From Polyangiales bacterium (GTDB lineage Bacteria; Myxococcota_A; Polyangia; Polyangiales; Polyangiaceae), in contig JBBRLQ010000004.1 of NCBI GenBank assembly GCA_038231275.1, positions 160,001 through 224,000 on the forward strand: a DNA stretch of 64,000 nucleotides, given 5' to 3'. A program made the position numbers and the translations under genes. Under the pieces are notes generated by a model that had not been told where the DNA came from, ran no database searches, and saw only the letters and a list, made by a program, of their open reading frames with translations. Position 1 is the first letter of the stretch. Every line of letters begins with the position of its first letter. Below, piece by piece: positions 10,433 through 19,576 of the stretch.

Positions 10433-11344
10433 CTACTTCGACCCCTCCAGCGCCTTGAGCGCCGCGAACAGCTCCGGATCCAGGCTCGGGAGCAGGATCA
10501 GCTTGGCCAGCCCCTCCGACGACAGCTCGATCTCTTCGCTCACGAGGAAGCGCCCGAACGACGGCGCGTCGGTGAGGAGGACCGCGTCGTCCCACGCCTT
10601 CTGACGCCCCACGACGAGCGCGTCGAAGTACGCCGCTTCGAGGAACGCGCGGAGCTCGGCCGGTGCCTTGCCGAGGCCCGGCGCGAAGTCGTTCGCGATG
10701 ATCGTGACGGCGGCGTCGAGCTGCTCGTGGAGGACGTCGTTCACGGCGAAGTGATCGTGGCGGCGCACGTCGCGCGTCTTGCCGGAGCCGATCGTCGCGC
10801 GCACGAGCGCGTGCGACAGATCGCGATCGACGTGCGCGTTCACGCCGAGCGACAAATCCTGAACGATGAGCTCGCGCCGGTCGCGCGCGGTGTCGAACGC
10901 GATGCGCCACGAGCCGGGCACGTCGGCGCTGCGGCCGTCGATGTAGCCGACGAAGGCGACGCGGTAGAGCTCCGCGAACGACGCGAGGTACGTGCGTACC
11001 CACGATCCGTCTTGAAAGCGGCCGGCCGTGATCGCGTGGCGAACCGCCGAGGTGATCTTCGAGTAGAGCGTCGCGAACGGCGCGCGGCGATCGTCCTGTA
11101 GGCGGAGCATCTCGACCAGGCACACGAAGCGGCGGTCGGCGTCCTCTGGTGTGACGATCGGATCGACCATCAGGGCGCGCAGCGACGCGGGGGCCTTTGG
11201 GTCGAGGCCACACGTCGCGGCGTTCACCTCCGCGCCGTCCGTGCCGACCGTCTCGGACGACGCAGCGCACGCCGGCACCGAGGCCGCAGCTGCCGTCACG
11301 AGCGTCGTCGTCATGATCGCCCTCCCCACCCTTGCCAAACGCAT
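10433..11344 (-). CDS. DUF5995-family protein, probable lipoprotein
   Basis: Motifs FATLYSKIT, FAELY, VPGSWRIAF and LGVNAHVDRDL; possible lipobox VPAC. Start is 11344 or 11314 (the latter has a GGGAGG SD). Confidence 0.7.
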   Translation of the reverse strand: MRLARVGRAIMTTTLVTAAAASVPACAASSETVGTDGAEVNAATCGLDPKAPASLRALMVDPIVTPEDADRRFVCLVEMLRLQDDRRAPFATLYSKITSAVRHAITAGRFQDGSWVRTYLASFAELYRVAFVGYIDGRSADVPGSWRIAFDTARDRRELIVQDLSLGVNAHVDRDLSHALVRATIGSGKTRDVRRHDHFAVNDVLHEQLDAAVTIIANDFAPGLGKAPAELRAFLEAAYFDALVVGRQKAWDDAVLLTDAPSFGRFLVSEEIELSSEGLAKLILLPSLDPELFAALKALEGSK

Positions 11345-11355
11345 GGCCGCCGCTA

Positions 11356-11371
11356 TGCAGGTTGGGTGCCG
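11356..11371 (-). promoter_or_regulatory. Putative sigma54 (-24/-12) promoter
   Basis: Minus strand CGGCACCCAACCTGCA (GG-N10-GC with GGCAC and TGCA), just upstream of the DUF5995 gene. Confidence 0.45.
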
Positions 11372-11512
11372 CGTCCTCATGCGTCAATTTCAGGAGAAAA
11401 CCGCTGGTTCGGGCCCGATCCACGCGCCGTGCGCGCGAGATTGACTCGCGGACGATCGCGAGGCCACGACCTCTCGACGACGTCGCGAGTCGGGGTAAGC
11501 TGCGCGCGCTCG

Positions 11513-12235
11513 ATGCCCGAAAAGTCGCTGCTCCTCACGCTCTCGAACATCTACGAGACCCTCGCCATCAGCGTCCCCACCGTCGTTGACGCGGCGTTGG
11601 GGCGCGTCGAGAAGACCGTCTGCGACGAGCGGCTCGCCGGCTGGGGCACTCGCCTCGTCGAGAACGCGGACATGACGGTCGCGATCACCGGCCGCGAGAA
11701 CGTGACGCCGGGCAAGGCGTTCCTCGTGATGAGCAACCACCAGTCCCACTACGACGTGCCGGTCCTCTTCCACGTCCTCGGCGCGAACATTCGGATGGTC
11801 GCGAAGATCGAGCTCTTCAAGGTACCGATCTTCGGGAAGGCGATGCGCGAAGCGGGCTTCATTGCCATCGATCGGACTAACCGCCATCGCGCCGTCGAGA
11901 GCCTCGCCGTGGCGAAGGAGAAGCTGGCAAACGGCACAAGCGTGTGGATCGCGCCGGAGGGGACGCGAAGCCAGAGCGGCGAGCTGCTCCCCTTCAAGAA
12001 AGGCGGCTTCGTCATCGCGCTCGACACCGGATGGCCGATCTTGCCGGTGACGATCCAGGGCACGCGCGACGCCCTTCCCGCGCACGCGCGTCGCTCGCGC
12101 AAGGGAGCGCGCGTGAAGGTGACGCTGCACCCGCCGATCGACACGGCGGTCTACCTCGCGCGGCCGGAGAGCGCGAAGGAGCGGCGTGAGCGCCTGATGA
12201 GGGACGTGCGGGACGTCATCGCGTCGGCGCTCTGA
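11513..12235 (+). CDS. 1-acyl-sn-glycerol-3-phosphate acyltransferase (PlsC/LPLAT family)
   Basis: NHQSHYD (HxxxxD) and PEGTRS motifs; FKKGGF. Confidence 0.9.
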   Translation: MPEKSLLLTLSNIYETLAISVPTVVDAALGRVEKTVCDERLAGWGTRLVENADMTVAITGRENVTPGKAFLVMSNHQSHYDVPVLFHVLGANIRMVAKIELFKVPIFGKAMREAGFIAIDRTNRHRAVESLAVAKEKLANGTSVWIAPEGTRSQSGELLPFKKGGFVIALDTGWPILPVTIQGTRDALPAHARRSRKGARVKVTLHPPIDTAVYLARPESAKERRERLMRDVRDVIASAL

Positions 12236-12257
12236 TACCTTCTCGGATCCGCATCGA

Positions 12258-13274
12258 ATGAGCGCACCCGGCACTGGCCTCGGCATCATGGTGAACGCGA
12301 ACGCGAAGCGCGGCGGGCGCCGCATCGCCGTTCAGCTCGCGCGCGCCCTCCCCGGCGCGAGCGTGCGGCTCACGCGCTCGATCTCCGAGGTCGAAGGCTG
12401 GCTCCGCGCGCTGACGTCGGGCGCATCCGCGCCGCTGCGGTGCATCCTCGCGGCCGGAGGCGACGGGACCGCGGTCGCTCTTTTGAACGGGCTCGATCGC
12501 GTGCTCCCTGCCGGCGCGCCCTTTCCGCCCGTCGGCATCTTGCCGCTCGGCACAGGCAACGCGTGGGCGCATACGACCGGCGCGCACAAGCTCGGGCTCG
12601 CCGTGAACATGCTGCAGCGATCGGGCGAGGTGCTGCCCTTCCGCAAGTTCGGTCTCGTCGACTGCGAAGGAACGCTCACGCCGTTCGCCGGCACCGGCTG
12701 GGACGCGCAGGTCCTCTCCGACTACAAAGCGCAGCTCGAACAAAGCGTCGGACCCGGCAAGCTCGTTTCGAAGAGCGTGTGGGGGTACCTGTCCGCGATG
12801 CTGTTCCGAACGGCGCCGAAGACGCTCCTCTTCGGCCGCCCGCACGTGACGATCGAGAACCTCGGCGACGAGGTCTACACGATGACCGCCGATCGCAAGC
12901 TCCTCAAGATCGCCGGCGTCGGCCGCGGCGCCGTACTCTACGAGGGCATGGCCAGCGTCACCGGCGCGGCGACGGTGCCCGAGTTCGGCTACGGCTTCCG
13001 CGCGTACCCGTTCGCGGAGCGCCTCCTCGGCTACCTCAACGTACGCGTCTACGACATGCCCGCGGTGGGCGCGATCCTCGACATCCCGAAGCTATGGCGC
13101 GGCACGCACCCGCTCCGCGGAATGCACGACTGGTTCACGACCGCCGTGCGCATGACGTTCTCGCGCTCGGTTCCGCTGCAGAGCGCCGGCGATGCGATCG
13201 GCACGCGCCAGACCGTCGAGTACCACGTCAGCGATCGCCTCTGCGACGTGCTCGACTGGCGAAGAATGGACTGA
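12258..13274 (+). CDS. Diacylglycerol kinase catalytic-domain (YegS/DAGK-like) lipid kinase
   Basis: AGGDGT and LPLGTGN motifs; GTGWDA. Confidence 0.8.
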   Translation: MSAPGTGLGIMVNANAKRGGRRIAVQLARALPGASVRLTRSISEVEGWLRALTSGASAPLRCILAAGGDGTAVALLNGLDRVLPAGAPFPPVGILPLGTGNAWAHTTGAHKLGLAVNMLQRSGEVLPFRKFGLVDCEGTLTPFAGTGWDAQVLSDYKAQLEQSVGPGKLVSKSVWGYLSAMLFRTAPKTLLFGRPHVTIENLGDEVYTMTADRKLLKIAGVGRGAVLYEGMASVTGAATVPEFGYGFRAYPFAERLLGYLNVRVYDMPAVGAILDIPKLWRGTHPLRGMHDWFTTAVRMTFSRSVPLQSAGDAIGTRQTVEYHVSDRLCDVLDWRRMD

Positions 13275-13299
13275 GTGGACCTCGCGGCCGACTCAGTCC
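13268..13299. terminator. Hairpin between convergent genes (possible bidirectional terminator)
   Basis: GGACTGAGT (13268-13276) pairs with ACTCAGTCC (13291-13299), overlapping the kinase stop codon. Confidence 0.4.
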
Positions 13300-13317
13300 G
13301 TCTCTCCGACGTTCGCT

Positions 13318-14136
13318 CTAGAAGCTGCCCGTGAGCACCGGGATCGTCATGACCTGGGGCAGGCCCGGGTTCTTCTGCGTGTTCCACGTCGGCTGACGGT
13401 TGGACGTCGAGAACTTCACCTCGGCGCTGCCGCCCGGCGTCGAAGGCGAGCTGCCGGGAGCCGGCTTCTCGTCGATGACCTTCGCCACGTCTCCGCTGAC
13501 GTCGCTGTGCTTGTTCCCGATCATCCAGCCCGCGCCGAAGAGTCCGGTCGCGACGCCGGCCATGACCAGCGCGCCGCCGAAGAAGATCGCGTTGAGGTGG
13601 GCGGGGTGGGTCTGCCCGTCGCTCGTGAACACTCCGTGCTTGTCGGAGGCAAGGAAGATGACGGCGACGCCGGCGATCGTGATGAGGCCGCCCGCGACCA
13701 AGATGTAGAGGCCGGTGTTCGCGCGCGAGGTGCTGCCCGGCGCGACGTAGATGTTCACCTTCTCTTTGGTGCCGTCGATCATGAAGGGCTTGGACTCGTT
13801 CAGCCCCTCCCCCACGATCCGGTACTCGGCGACGCTGCTCGACTTCACGTCGCACGGCGTCGTGCAGACGTTCTCCCAGGTGCCGCCGCCCGGCGCGCGG
13901 CGCTCGACGCTCACCGGGACGGGTGATTCGACGTGAAGCGCGACGTTCGCGTCGTCGGACTGGACGGGCGGATTTTTGTCCTCCACCGGCTTCTTGTCGG
14001 CGTCCGGCTTGGCGGTCTCTTCGCCCACTTTGTCTTCGCCAGGACGCGGAGCGGTTGGCTGCGCGAAGGCGGGAGTCGAGAAAGCAACGATGTTGCTGAC
14101 GGCAAGAATCGAAGCGCAAAGCCCGAAGTTTTTCAT
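13318..14136 (-). CDS. Exported/membrane hypothetical protein (signal peptide, PEGA-like beta region, Gly-rich hydrophobic hairpin, C-terminal Phe)
   Basis: GGAGGAG SD; signal peptide MKNFGLC...AFA; CTTPC; two Gly-rich hydrophobic segments; ends LTGSF. Confidence 0.65.
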   Translation of the reverse strand: MKNFGLCASILAVSNIVAFSTPAFAQPTAPRPGEDKVGEETAKPDADKKPVEDKNPPVQSDDANVALHVESPVPVSVERRAPGGGTWENVCTTPCDVKSSSVAEYRIVGEGLNESKPFMIDGTKEKVNIYVAPGSTSRANTGLYILVAGGLITIAGVAVIFLASDKHGVFTSDGQTHPAHLNAIFFGGALVMAGVATGLFGAGWMIGNKHSDVSGDVAKVIDEKPAPGSSPSTPGGSAEVKFSTSNRQPTWNTQKNPGLPQVMTIPVLTGSF

Positions 14137-14233
14137 CGGTTGGCTCCTCCTGGCCCATAGGCGTATCGCAAGGACGAGGAAGGGGAAAGCAAATCGGAAC
14201 CGCGCGCCCCGCGTGCGCGTAGTTTGGATCGAG

Positions 14234-15886
14234 ATGCGCGCGCGCAACGTCCTTTCGCTTCTTGCCTCGCTGGCGCCGGTCGCCATGGGATGCGCGGGCG
14301 CACCTGTGACGCCGCGCACGGCGAACGCACACACGACGACCTCCGCGCCCATGGCCGAAGGCGCGCCGCGCGCGACGTTGGCCTGGGAAGAGCTCTCGGC
14401 AGCGACGATGGCGCGCGCGAAGGCGGAGCGAAAATACATCGTCCTCGATGGCTCGGCCGAATGGTGCCACTGGTGCCACGTGATGGAGGCGACGACCTAC
14501 CACGACGAGGCGGTGCGGAAGCTCCTCGACCGCCACTTCATCTCGGTGAAGGTCGACGTCGACGCGCGGCCCGACATCGAAGAGCGCTACGGTGACTACG
14601 GCTGGCCTGCGACGGTGATTTTTTCGCCGGACGCCGCGGAGCTCGGCAAGTACCGCGGGTACATCGCGCCCGAGAAATTCGTCACGATCTTGGAGGGCGT
14701 GATCGCGAGCAAGGTCGCCGAGCGAGGCGCCGTCGCGAGCGAGCCACGCAAGCCCGACGCGCCCGAGCGTCCGATGACCGAGGAGCAGCTCGCGTGGATC
14801 GCACGCTTCGTCGAGGTCGAGCTCGAGGAGTATTGGGACGAGGCGAAGGGGGGCTGGGGTCGCACGCAGAAGGCACCGCTCGCGTGGGACAACGCGTGGG
14901 CGCTCCGAAACGCGAAGCGAGGCGACGCGGAGTGGCGGCGACGCGCGCTCTTCACGCTCGACCAGCAGTCCAAGCTCGTCGATCCGGTGTGGGGCGGCAT
15001 CTACCAGTACTCGGCGGCAGCCGATTGGGATCACGCGCACTTCGAGAAGCTGATGCCGTTCCAGGCCGGCGCGCTCGACAACTACGCCGAGGCCTACGCG
15101 CTCACGCGCGATCCGAAGTACCTGGCCCTCGCGAAGAAGATGCGCGGATTCATGGAGGGGTTCTTCACGAGCCCGAACGGCGCCTTCTACGCGACGCAAG
15201 ACGCCGACGTGAACGCGCACGACGCGAACAAGCCGTTCATGAACGGCCACGATTTCTACGCCTTGGACGACGCGCGGCGACGGGCGGCGGGCATGCCGCG
15301 CCTCGACACGCACGAGTACGCCAAGGAGAACGGCCTCGCGATCTATGCATATTGCACCTACTTCGAAGCGACCCGCGATCCCGCCGCGATCGCCGTCGCG
15401 GAGCGCGCGGCCGCGCGAATCTTCACGACCCACGCGGCTGCTTCGGGCGGCGTCTCGCACGACGTGCAGAGGCCCGACGCGCCTGCGAAGGTGCTCTTCC
15501 TCGCCGACAACGCCGCGTTCGGCCTCGGGCTGGTGCGCCTCTTCGAGGTGACGGGAAAGACGGAGCATCTCACCGCGGCAAAGGCGATCGCGCAGGCGAT
15601 GCTCCGGGATCTCGAGGATCCGAAGGGCGGCGGCTTCTTCGCGAGCACGCCGGATCCCGACGCGGCCGGTGTCTTCGCCGTGCGCCGGACCCCGTTCGAG
15701 GACAATGTGACGGCGCTCCGCATGCTCGCGCGCCTCGCGAAGGCCGACGCGGCCGGCGCGCCCGCGTATCGTCGCGCCATCGCCCGAACGCTCCACGCCA
15801 TCGCGACCCCCGAGGAGATCAAGGGGCGCGGCCGAATGCTCGGCGACTTCCTCATCGCGCTCGAGGAGACCAAGGGCCTGCGCTGA
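14234..15886 (+). CDS. Thioredoxin-domain DUF255 / YyaL (SSP411)-like protein with lipoprotein-like signal
   Basis: WCHWCHVM, FISVKVD, GWPAT, D..WGG, HFEKL and FYATQDAD; N-terminal hydrophobic stretch ending AMGC. Confidence 0.8.
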   Translation: MRARNVLSLLASLAPVAMGCAGAPVTPRTANAHTTTSAPMAEGAPRATLAWEELSAATMARAKAERKYIVLDGSAEWCHWCHVMEATTYHDEAVRKLLDRHFISVKVDVDARPDIEERYGDYGWPATVIFSPDAAELGKYRGYIAPEKFVTILEGVIASKVAERGAVASEPRKPDAPERPMTEEQLAWIARFVEVELEEYWDEAKGGWGRTQKAPLAWDNAWALRNAKRGDAEWRRRALFTLDQQSKLVDPVWGGIYQYSAAADWDHAHFEKLMPFQAGALDNYAEAYALTRDPKYLALAKKMRGFMEGFFTSPNGAFYATQDADVNAHDANKPFMNGHDFYALDDARRRAAGMPRLDTHEYAKENGLAIYAYCTYFEATRDPAAIAVAERAAARIFTTHAAASGGVSHDVQRPDAPAKVLFLADNAAFGLGLVRLFEVTGKTEHLTAAKAIAQAMLRDLEDPKGGGFFASTPDPDAAGVFAVRRTPFEDNVTALRMLARLAKADAAGAPAYRRAIARTLHAIATPEEIKGRGRMLGDFLIALEETKGLR

Positions 15887-15889
15887 AGG

Positions 15890-16765
15890 TCAGTCGAGCA
15901 GCTCCATCTGGTCGACGATCGTTCGGACCGCCTCGTCGTCGACGTAGCGGCGAAGGAGGAGGACGCCGAGATCGAGCGCGCAGGTCACACCGCCGGCCGT
16001 GACCGTCTGACCCTCGTCGATGACGCGGCCCTTGGTCGCGACCGCGCCGTACGTCTCGAGGAGGCCCATCGACGTGTGGTGCGTCGTGGCGCGCTTCTGC
16101 ATGAGGCGCCCTGCCGCGCCGAGGAGGAGCGCGCCGGTGCACACGCTTGCCATCAAGCGGTTGCTCGGGAACGCGCCGAGCCAGTCGACGACCGCGCGAT
16201 CGCGCGCGAGGGCGCGCGCGCCGGGGCCGCCGGGGACGATGACGACGTCGAACGCGTCGAGCGGCGGCCGTACCTTCTCGACTGTGAGCTCGGCGCCGCC
16301 CGCGGCCCAGACGCGCGGTCCGGTGGCCCCCACGATCTCGAACGACGCCGACGGATCGAACCCCATCGACGCGATCCGCGACAACGGATCATGGACGCCG
16401 ACCAAATCGAGGAGCGTCATGCCGTCGTAGGCCACGAACGCGAACCGCGTCTCGTTCACCACGGCCGGCGCGGCGGCGACCTCGTCGAGGCGGAGAACGG
16501 CGCGGATGGAGTCCTGCGAGATCGCGCCGTAGATGTGCGGCATGAGCCCGCGCGGCGTCGGATCCTCACGGACGGGCGCGTCGAGGCGGCGCGGATCGAT
16601 CTGGAGCACCGAGAGGCGCGAGCCCTCCGGGAAGTGCGCGCGCGCGGTCGCCTCCACGTCGTCGCGGTACGAAGCGTGGACGAACTTCTCACGCTTCAGC
16701 GACGGCGGACGGTAGGACCCGCTCAGCAGCGTCCCTTCGTTCACGATGTGAAAGAGCCAGCGCAT
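15890..16765 (-). CDS. DUF952 domain fused to a DJ-1/PfpI-family domain
   Basis: N-terminal half: LFHI, SL.REKFVHAS, LQIDP and MPHIYGAI (DUF952). C-terminal half: DVVIVPGG, SVCTGALLLG, ATTH and TAGGVT (DJ-1/PfpI). Confidence 0.8.
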   Translation of the reverse strand: MRWLFHIVNEGTLLSGSYRPPSLKREKFVHASYRDDVEATARAHFPEGSRLSVLQIDPRRLDAPVREDPTPRGLMPHIYGAISQDSIRAVLRLDEVAAAPAVVNETRFAFVAYDGMTLLDLVGVHDPLSRIASMGFDPSASFEIVGATGPRVWAAGGAELTVEKVRPPLDAFDVVIVPGGPGARALARDRAVVDWLGAFPSNRLMASVCTGALLLGAAGRLMQKRATTHHTSMGLLETYGAVATKGRVIDEGQTVTAGGVTCALDLGVLLLRRYVDDEAVRTIVDQMELLD

Positions 16766-16811
16766 CACCCTACCGACGGCCGGATCCTACCATGTGCTAA
16801 GAGCCAGGCTC

Positions 16812-17783
16812 ATGAACGTCCTCGTGACCGGCGGCGCCGGCTACATCGGGTCGCACATGGTTCGCGTCCTCACCCGCGCCGGTCACGCGGTGACCGTCCT
16901 CGACGATCTCTCGGCGGGGCACGCCAGCGCGGTCCCCGCCGGTACGCCCCTCGTTCAGGCCGACGTCCGCGCGCGGGACGTGGTCTTGCCGCTCCTTCGC
17001 GACCAGAAGATCGACGCCATCTTCCACTTTGCGTCGCGCATCCAGGTCGGCGAGTCGGTCCGCGATCCGCGCCTTTATTACCGAGACAACCTCGCGGCCG
17101 GCGTAGCGCTCCTCGAGTCCGCCCTCGACGCGGGGGTGAAGCGCTTCATCCTCTCGTCGACCGCGGCGGTCTACGGCGATCCGATCCGCGTCCCGATCGA
17201 CGAGGATCACCCGACCGTGCCGGTGAACCCGTACGGCGAGACCAAGCTCATGCTCGAGCGCGTCCTCGCCAGCTACGCGCGGGCGTACGGGCTCGGGTAC
17301 GTGGCGCTCCGCTATTTCAACGCCTCCGGCGCCGACGTCGAGGCCGGCATCGGCGAGCGGCACGATCCGGAGACGCACCTCATCCCGCTCGTCCTCGAAG
17401 CCGCGCAGGGCAAGCGCGAGCTCACCATTTTCGGCGAGGACTACGCGACCCCGGACGGAACATGCGTTCGTGACTACGTGCACGTCACCGATCTCGCGAA
17501 GGCGCACCTCGCCGCGCTCGCGTACCTGAACGGCGGCGGCGCGAGCGGCGCGTTCAACCTCGGCACCGGACAAGGCCACTCCGTGCGGGAGGTCCTCGTG
17601 TGCGCGGAGAAGGTCACCGGGCGCAAAATTCCCTACAAGGTAGGCGTCCGGCGCGAAGGGGATCCGCCGGTCCTCGTCGCATCGGCGGACCGGGCGAGAA
17701 CCATCCTCGGATGGGTCCCCGAGCGCCCCAAGCTGTACGACATCGTCTCCGACGCGTGGGCCTGGCACGAGCGGTCATCGTAG
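16812..17783 (+). CDS. galE: UDP-glucose 4-epimerase
   Basis: VTGGAGYIGSH, SSTAAVYG, YGETK (YxxxK), LRYFNA, ETHLIP and DGTCVRDYVHV. Confidence 0.93.
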   Translation: MNVLVTGGAGYIGSHMVRVLTRAGHAVTVLDDLSAGHASAVPAGTPLVQADVRARDVVLPLLRDQKIDAIFHFASRIQVGESVRDPRLYYRDNLAAGVALLESALDAGVKRFILSSTAAVYGDPIRVPIDEDHPTVPVNPYGETKLMLERVLASYARAYGLGYVALRYFNASGADVEAGIGERHDPETHLIPLVLEAAQGKRELTIFGEDYATPDGTCVRDYVHVTDLAKAHLAALAYLNGGGASGAFNLGTGQGHSVREVLVCAEKVTGRKIPYKVGVRREGDPPVLVASADRARTILGWVPERPKLYDIVSDAWAWHERSS

Positions 17784-17830
17784 ACGTATCGCTTTTGTTT
17801 CGCGCCGCGCGGCCGTTCAGCGGATAATTC

Positions 17831-19483
17831 TTGGTAGTGAGCATCGCGCCGCCGGAACCCTCCCAGCTCACACCGGGGTATCGGCTCGACCGTTACGAAT
17901 TGCTTTGTCCAATCGCCGAAGGCGGCATGGCGAGCGTTTGGGTCGCGCGCCTCAAGGGTAAGCACGGCTTCGAGAAGCTGGTCGCCATCAAGACCATCCT
18001 CCCGAAGTACGCAAGCGACGGGCGCTTTCAGCAGATGTTCCTCGACGAGGCGCGCATCGCGTCGGGGATCGAGCACACCAACGTCGCGCAGATCCTCGAT
18101 CTCGGCGAGGAGCACGACGTGCTCTACCTCGTGATGGAGTGGGTCGACGGCGACAGCCTCTCGAAGCTGATGCGAACCGTCGAGAAGAAAAAGGAGAAGG
18201 TGCCGAGCGGCATCGTCTGCCGGATCCTCGCCGACGTGTGTGGCGGCCTTCACGCCGCGCACGAGCTCCGCGGAAACGACGGAAATCCCCTGGGCGTCGT
18301 GCACCGGGACGTCTCGCCGCAGAACGTCCTCGTGAGCACCAAGGGCGTCGCGAAGCTGATCGACTTCGGCATCGCAAAGGCCAAAGACCGGCTCTCCGGC
18401 GAGACGAGCGCGGGCCTCCTCAAGGGCAAGGTTCAGTACATGGCGCCCGAGCAAGCGCTCGGTCAGCCCATCGACGCGCGCGCGGACATCTGGGCGATCG
18501 GCGCGATCCTCTACCACGTGTTCGCGGGGCGGCCGGCGTACGACGGCGACAACCAGCTCGCGCAGCTGCACCAGCTCACGTCGGGCAAGCCGCCGCTTCC
18601 CTTGCCTTCGAGCGTGCCGAAGCCGGTCGTCGACGTCATCAAGAAGGCGCTGTCGTTCAACGCGACTGCGCGCTTCGCGAGCGCGGCGGAGATGCAGCGC
18701 GCGCTCGAGAAGGCGATGCTCGACGCCGGGATCTCGATGACGACGGCCGACGTCGCCACGTACGCGAAGACGCACATGGTCGATCGCGCGGACGCGCGGA
18801 AGAAGGCCGTCGAGCTCGCGCTGAAGGCCGCCGGAGAGCGCGCCCGGATGGCGGAGATGCTGCGCGCGCCGGCGAGCCCGGAGGAGACGCCGACGCCGAT
18901 GCAGGAGTCGGCGTCTGAGCCCGGCCTCACCCCGTCGGGCAAAATCGCGTCGAGCCCGGGCATGGCCTCGGCGACCGGCGTGACGCAGCCCGATCCCATG
19001 CGACAGGAGCTCCCGTCGGTCCCTTCGCAGCACAGCTCGACGCTCGGCGCAGGCGTCATGACGCCCGGGCCCGATTCCATCGCGTCGCCTCCGCCCGTTC
19101 GCAGGCGACGCGCGCTCGTCTACGTCGTCGGCGTGGGCCTCGGCGTCGCGGCGATCATCGGCCTCGCCGCGCTCAGCGTCTCCAAAAGGCCACCGCCGGC
19201 CTCGGCCCGCGAGCAACCGCCGGCGATCGCCGCCGCCCCGCGCGACACTGCGCCTCCGCCGGCGGTCGATGTCCCTCCTCCTACGCCGGACCCGGTCCCG
19301 CCCGATCCGTCGACGACCGCCGTCGCGACCGGCGTGAAACCGCCGGCAACGACGAACACGGCAGGCGCGCGTCCTCCTCCCGCGCCCGCGCCGCGCCCCG
19401 TTTCGCCTCCGCCGAGGCCGCCGCCGCCGAAGCCCACCGCGAAGCCGCCCGCCGGAAAGGGCACCGTCGACGACGGCTTCTGA
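17831..19483 (+). CDS. Hanks-type Ser/Thr protein kinase, single TM, Pro-rich extracytoplasmic tail
   Basis: EGGMASV, VAIK, HRDVSPQN, DFG and YMAPE; TM near aa 430. Start is TTG 17831 or GTG 17837. Confidence 0.92.
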   Translation: MVVSIAPPEPSQLTPGYRLDRYELLCPIAEGGMASVWVARLKGKHGFEKLVAIKTILPKYASDGRFQQMFLDEARIASGIEHTNVAQILDLGEEHDVLYLVMEWVDGDSLSKLMRTVEKKKEKVPSGIVCRILADVCGGLHAAHELRGNDGNPLGVVHRDVSPQNVLVSTKGVAKLIDFGIAKAKDRLSGETSAGLLKGKVQYMAPEQALGQPIDARADIWAIGAILYHVFAGRPAYDGDNQLAQLHQLTSGKPPLPLPSSVPKPVVDVIKKALSFNATARFASAAEMQRALEKAMLDAGISMTTADVATYAKTHMVDRADARKKAVELALKAAGERARMAEMLRAPASPEETPTPMQESASEPGLTPSGKIASSPGMASATGVTQPDPMRQELPSVPSQHSSTLGAGVMTPGPDSIASPPPVRRRRALVYVVGVGLGVAAIIGLAALSVSKRPPPASAREQPPAIAAAPRDTAPPPAVDVPPPTPDPVPPDPSTTAVATGVKPPATTNTAGARPPPAPAPRPVSPPPRPPPPKPTAKPPAGKGTVDDGF

Positions 19484-19576
19484 TCCGGATGTTTCAGGCG
19501 CGCGGCTTCGATCGCGAGGGCGTGCTCAGTTCAGGAGCGGGCTCAGGAGCGTTCGCTCTGCTGCGCTTCGCTCCAC

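Noticed and set aside
19484..19576. REP-like sequence (TCAGGAGCG x2, GCTTCGC hairpins); similar GCTNCGC motifs near 27240, 44290 and 48220
   Set aside because: Too short and GC-rich to call a repeat family without a genome-wide count.
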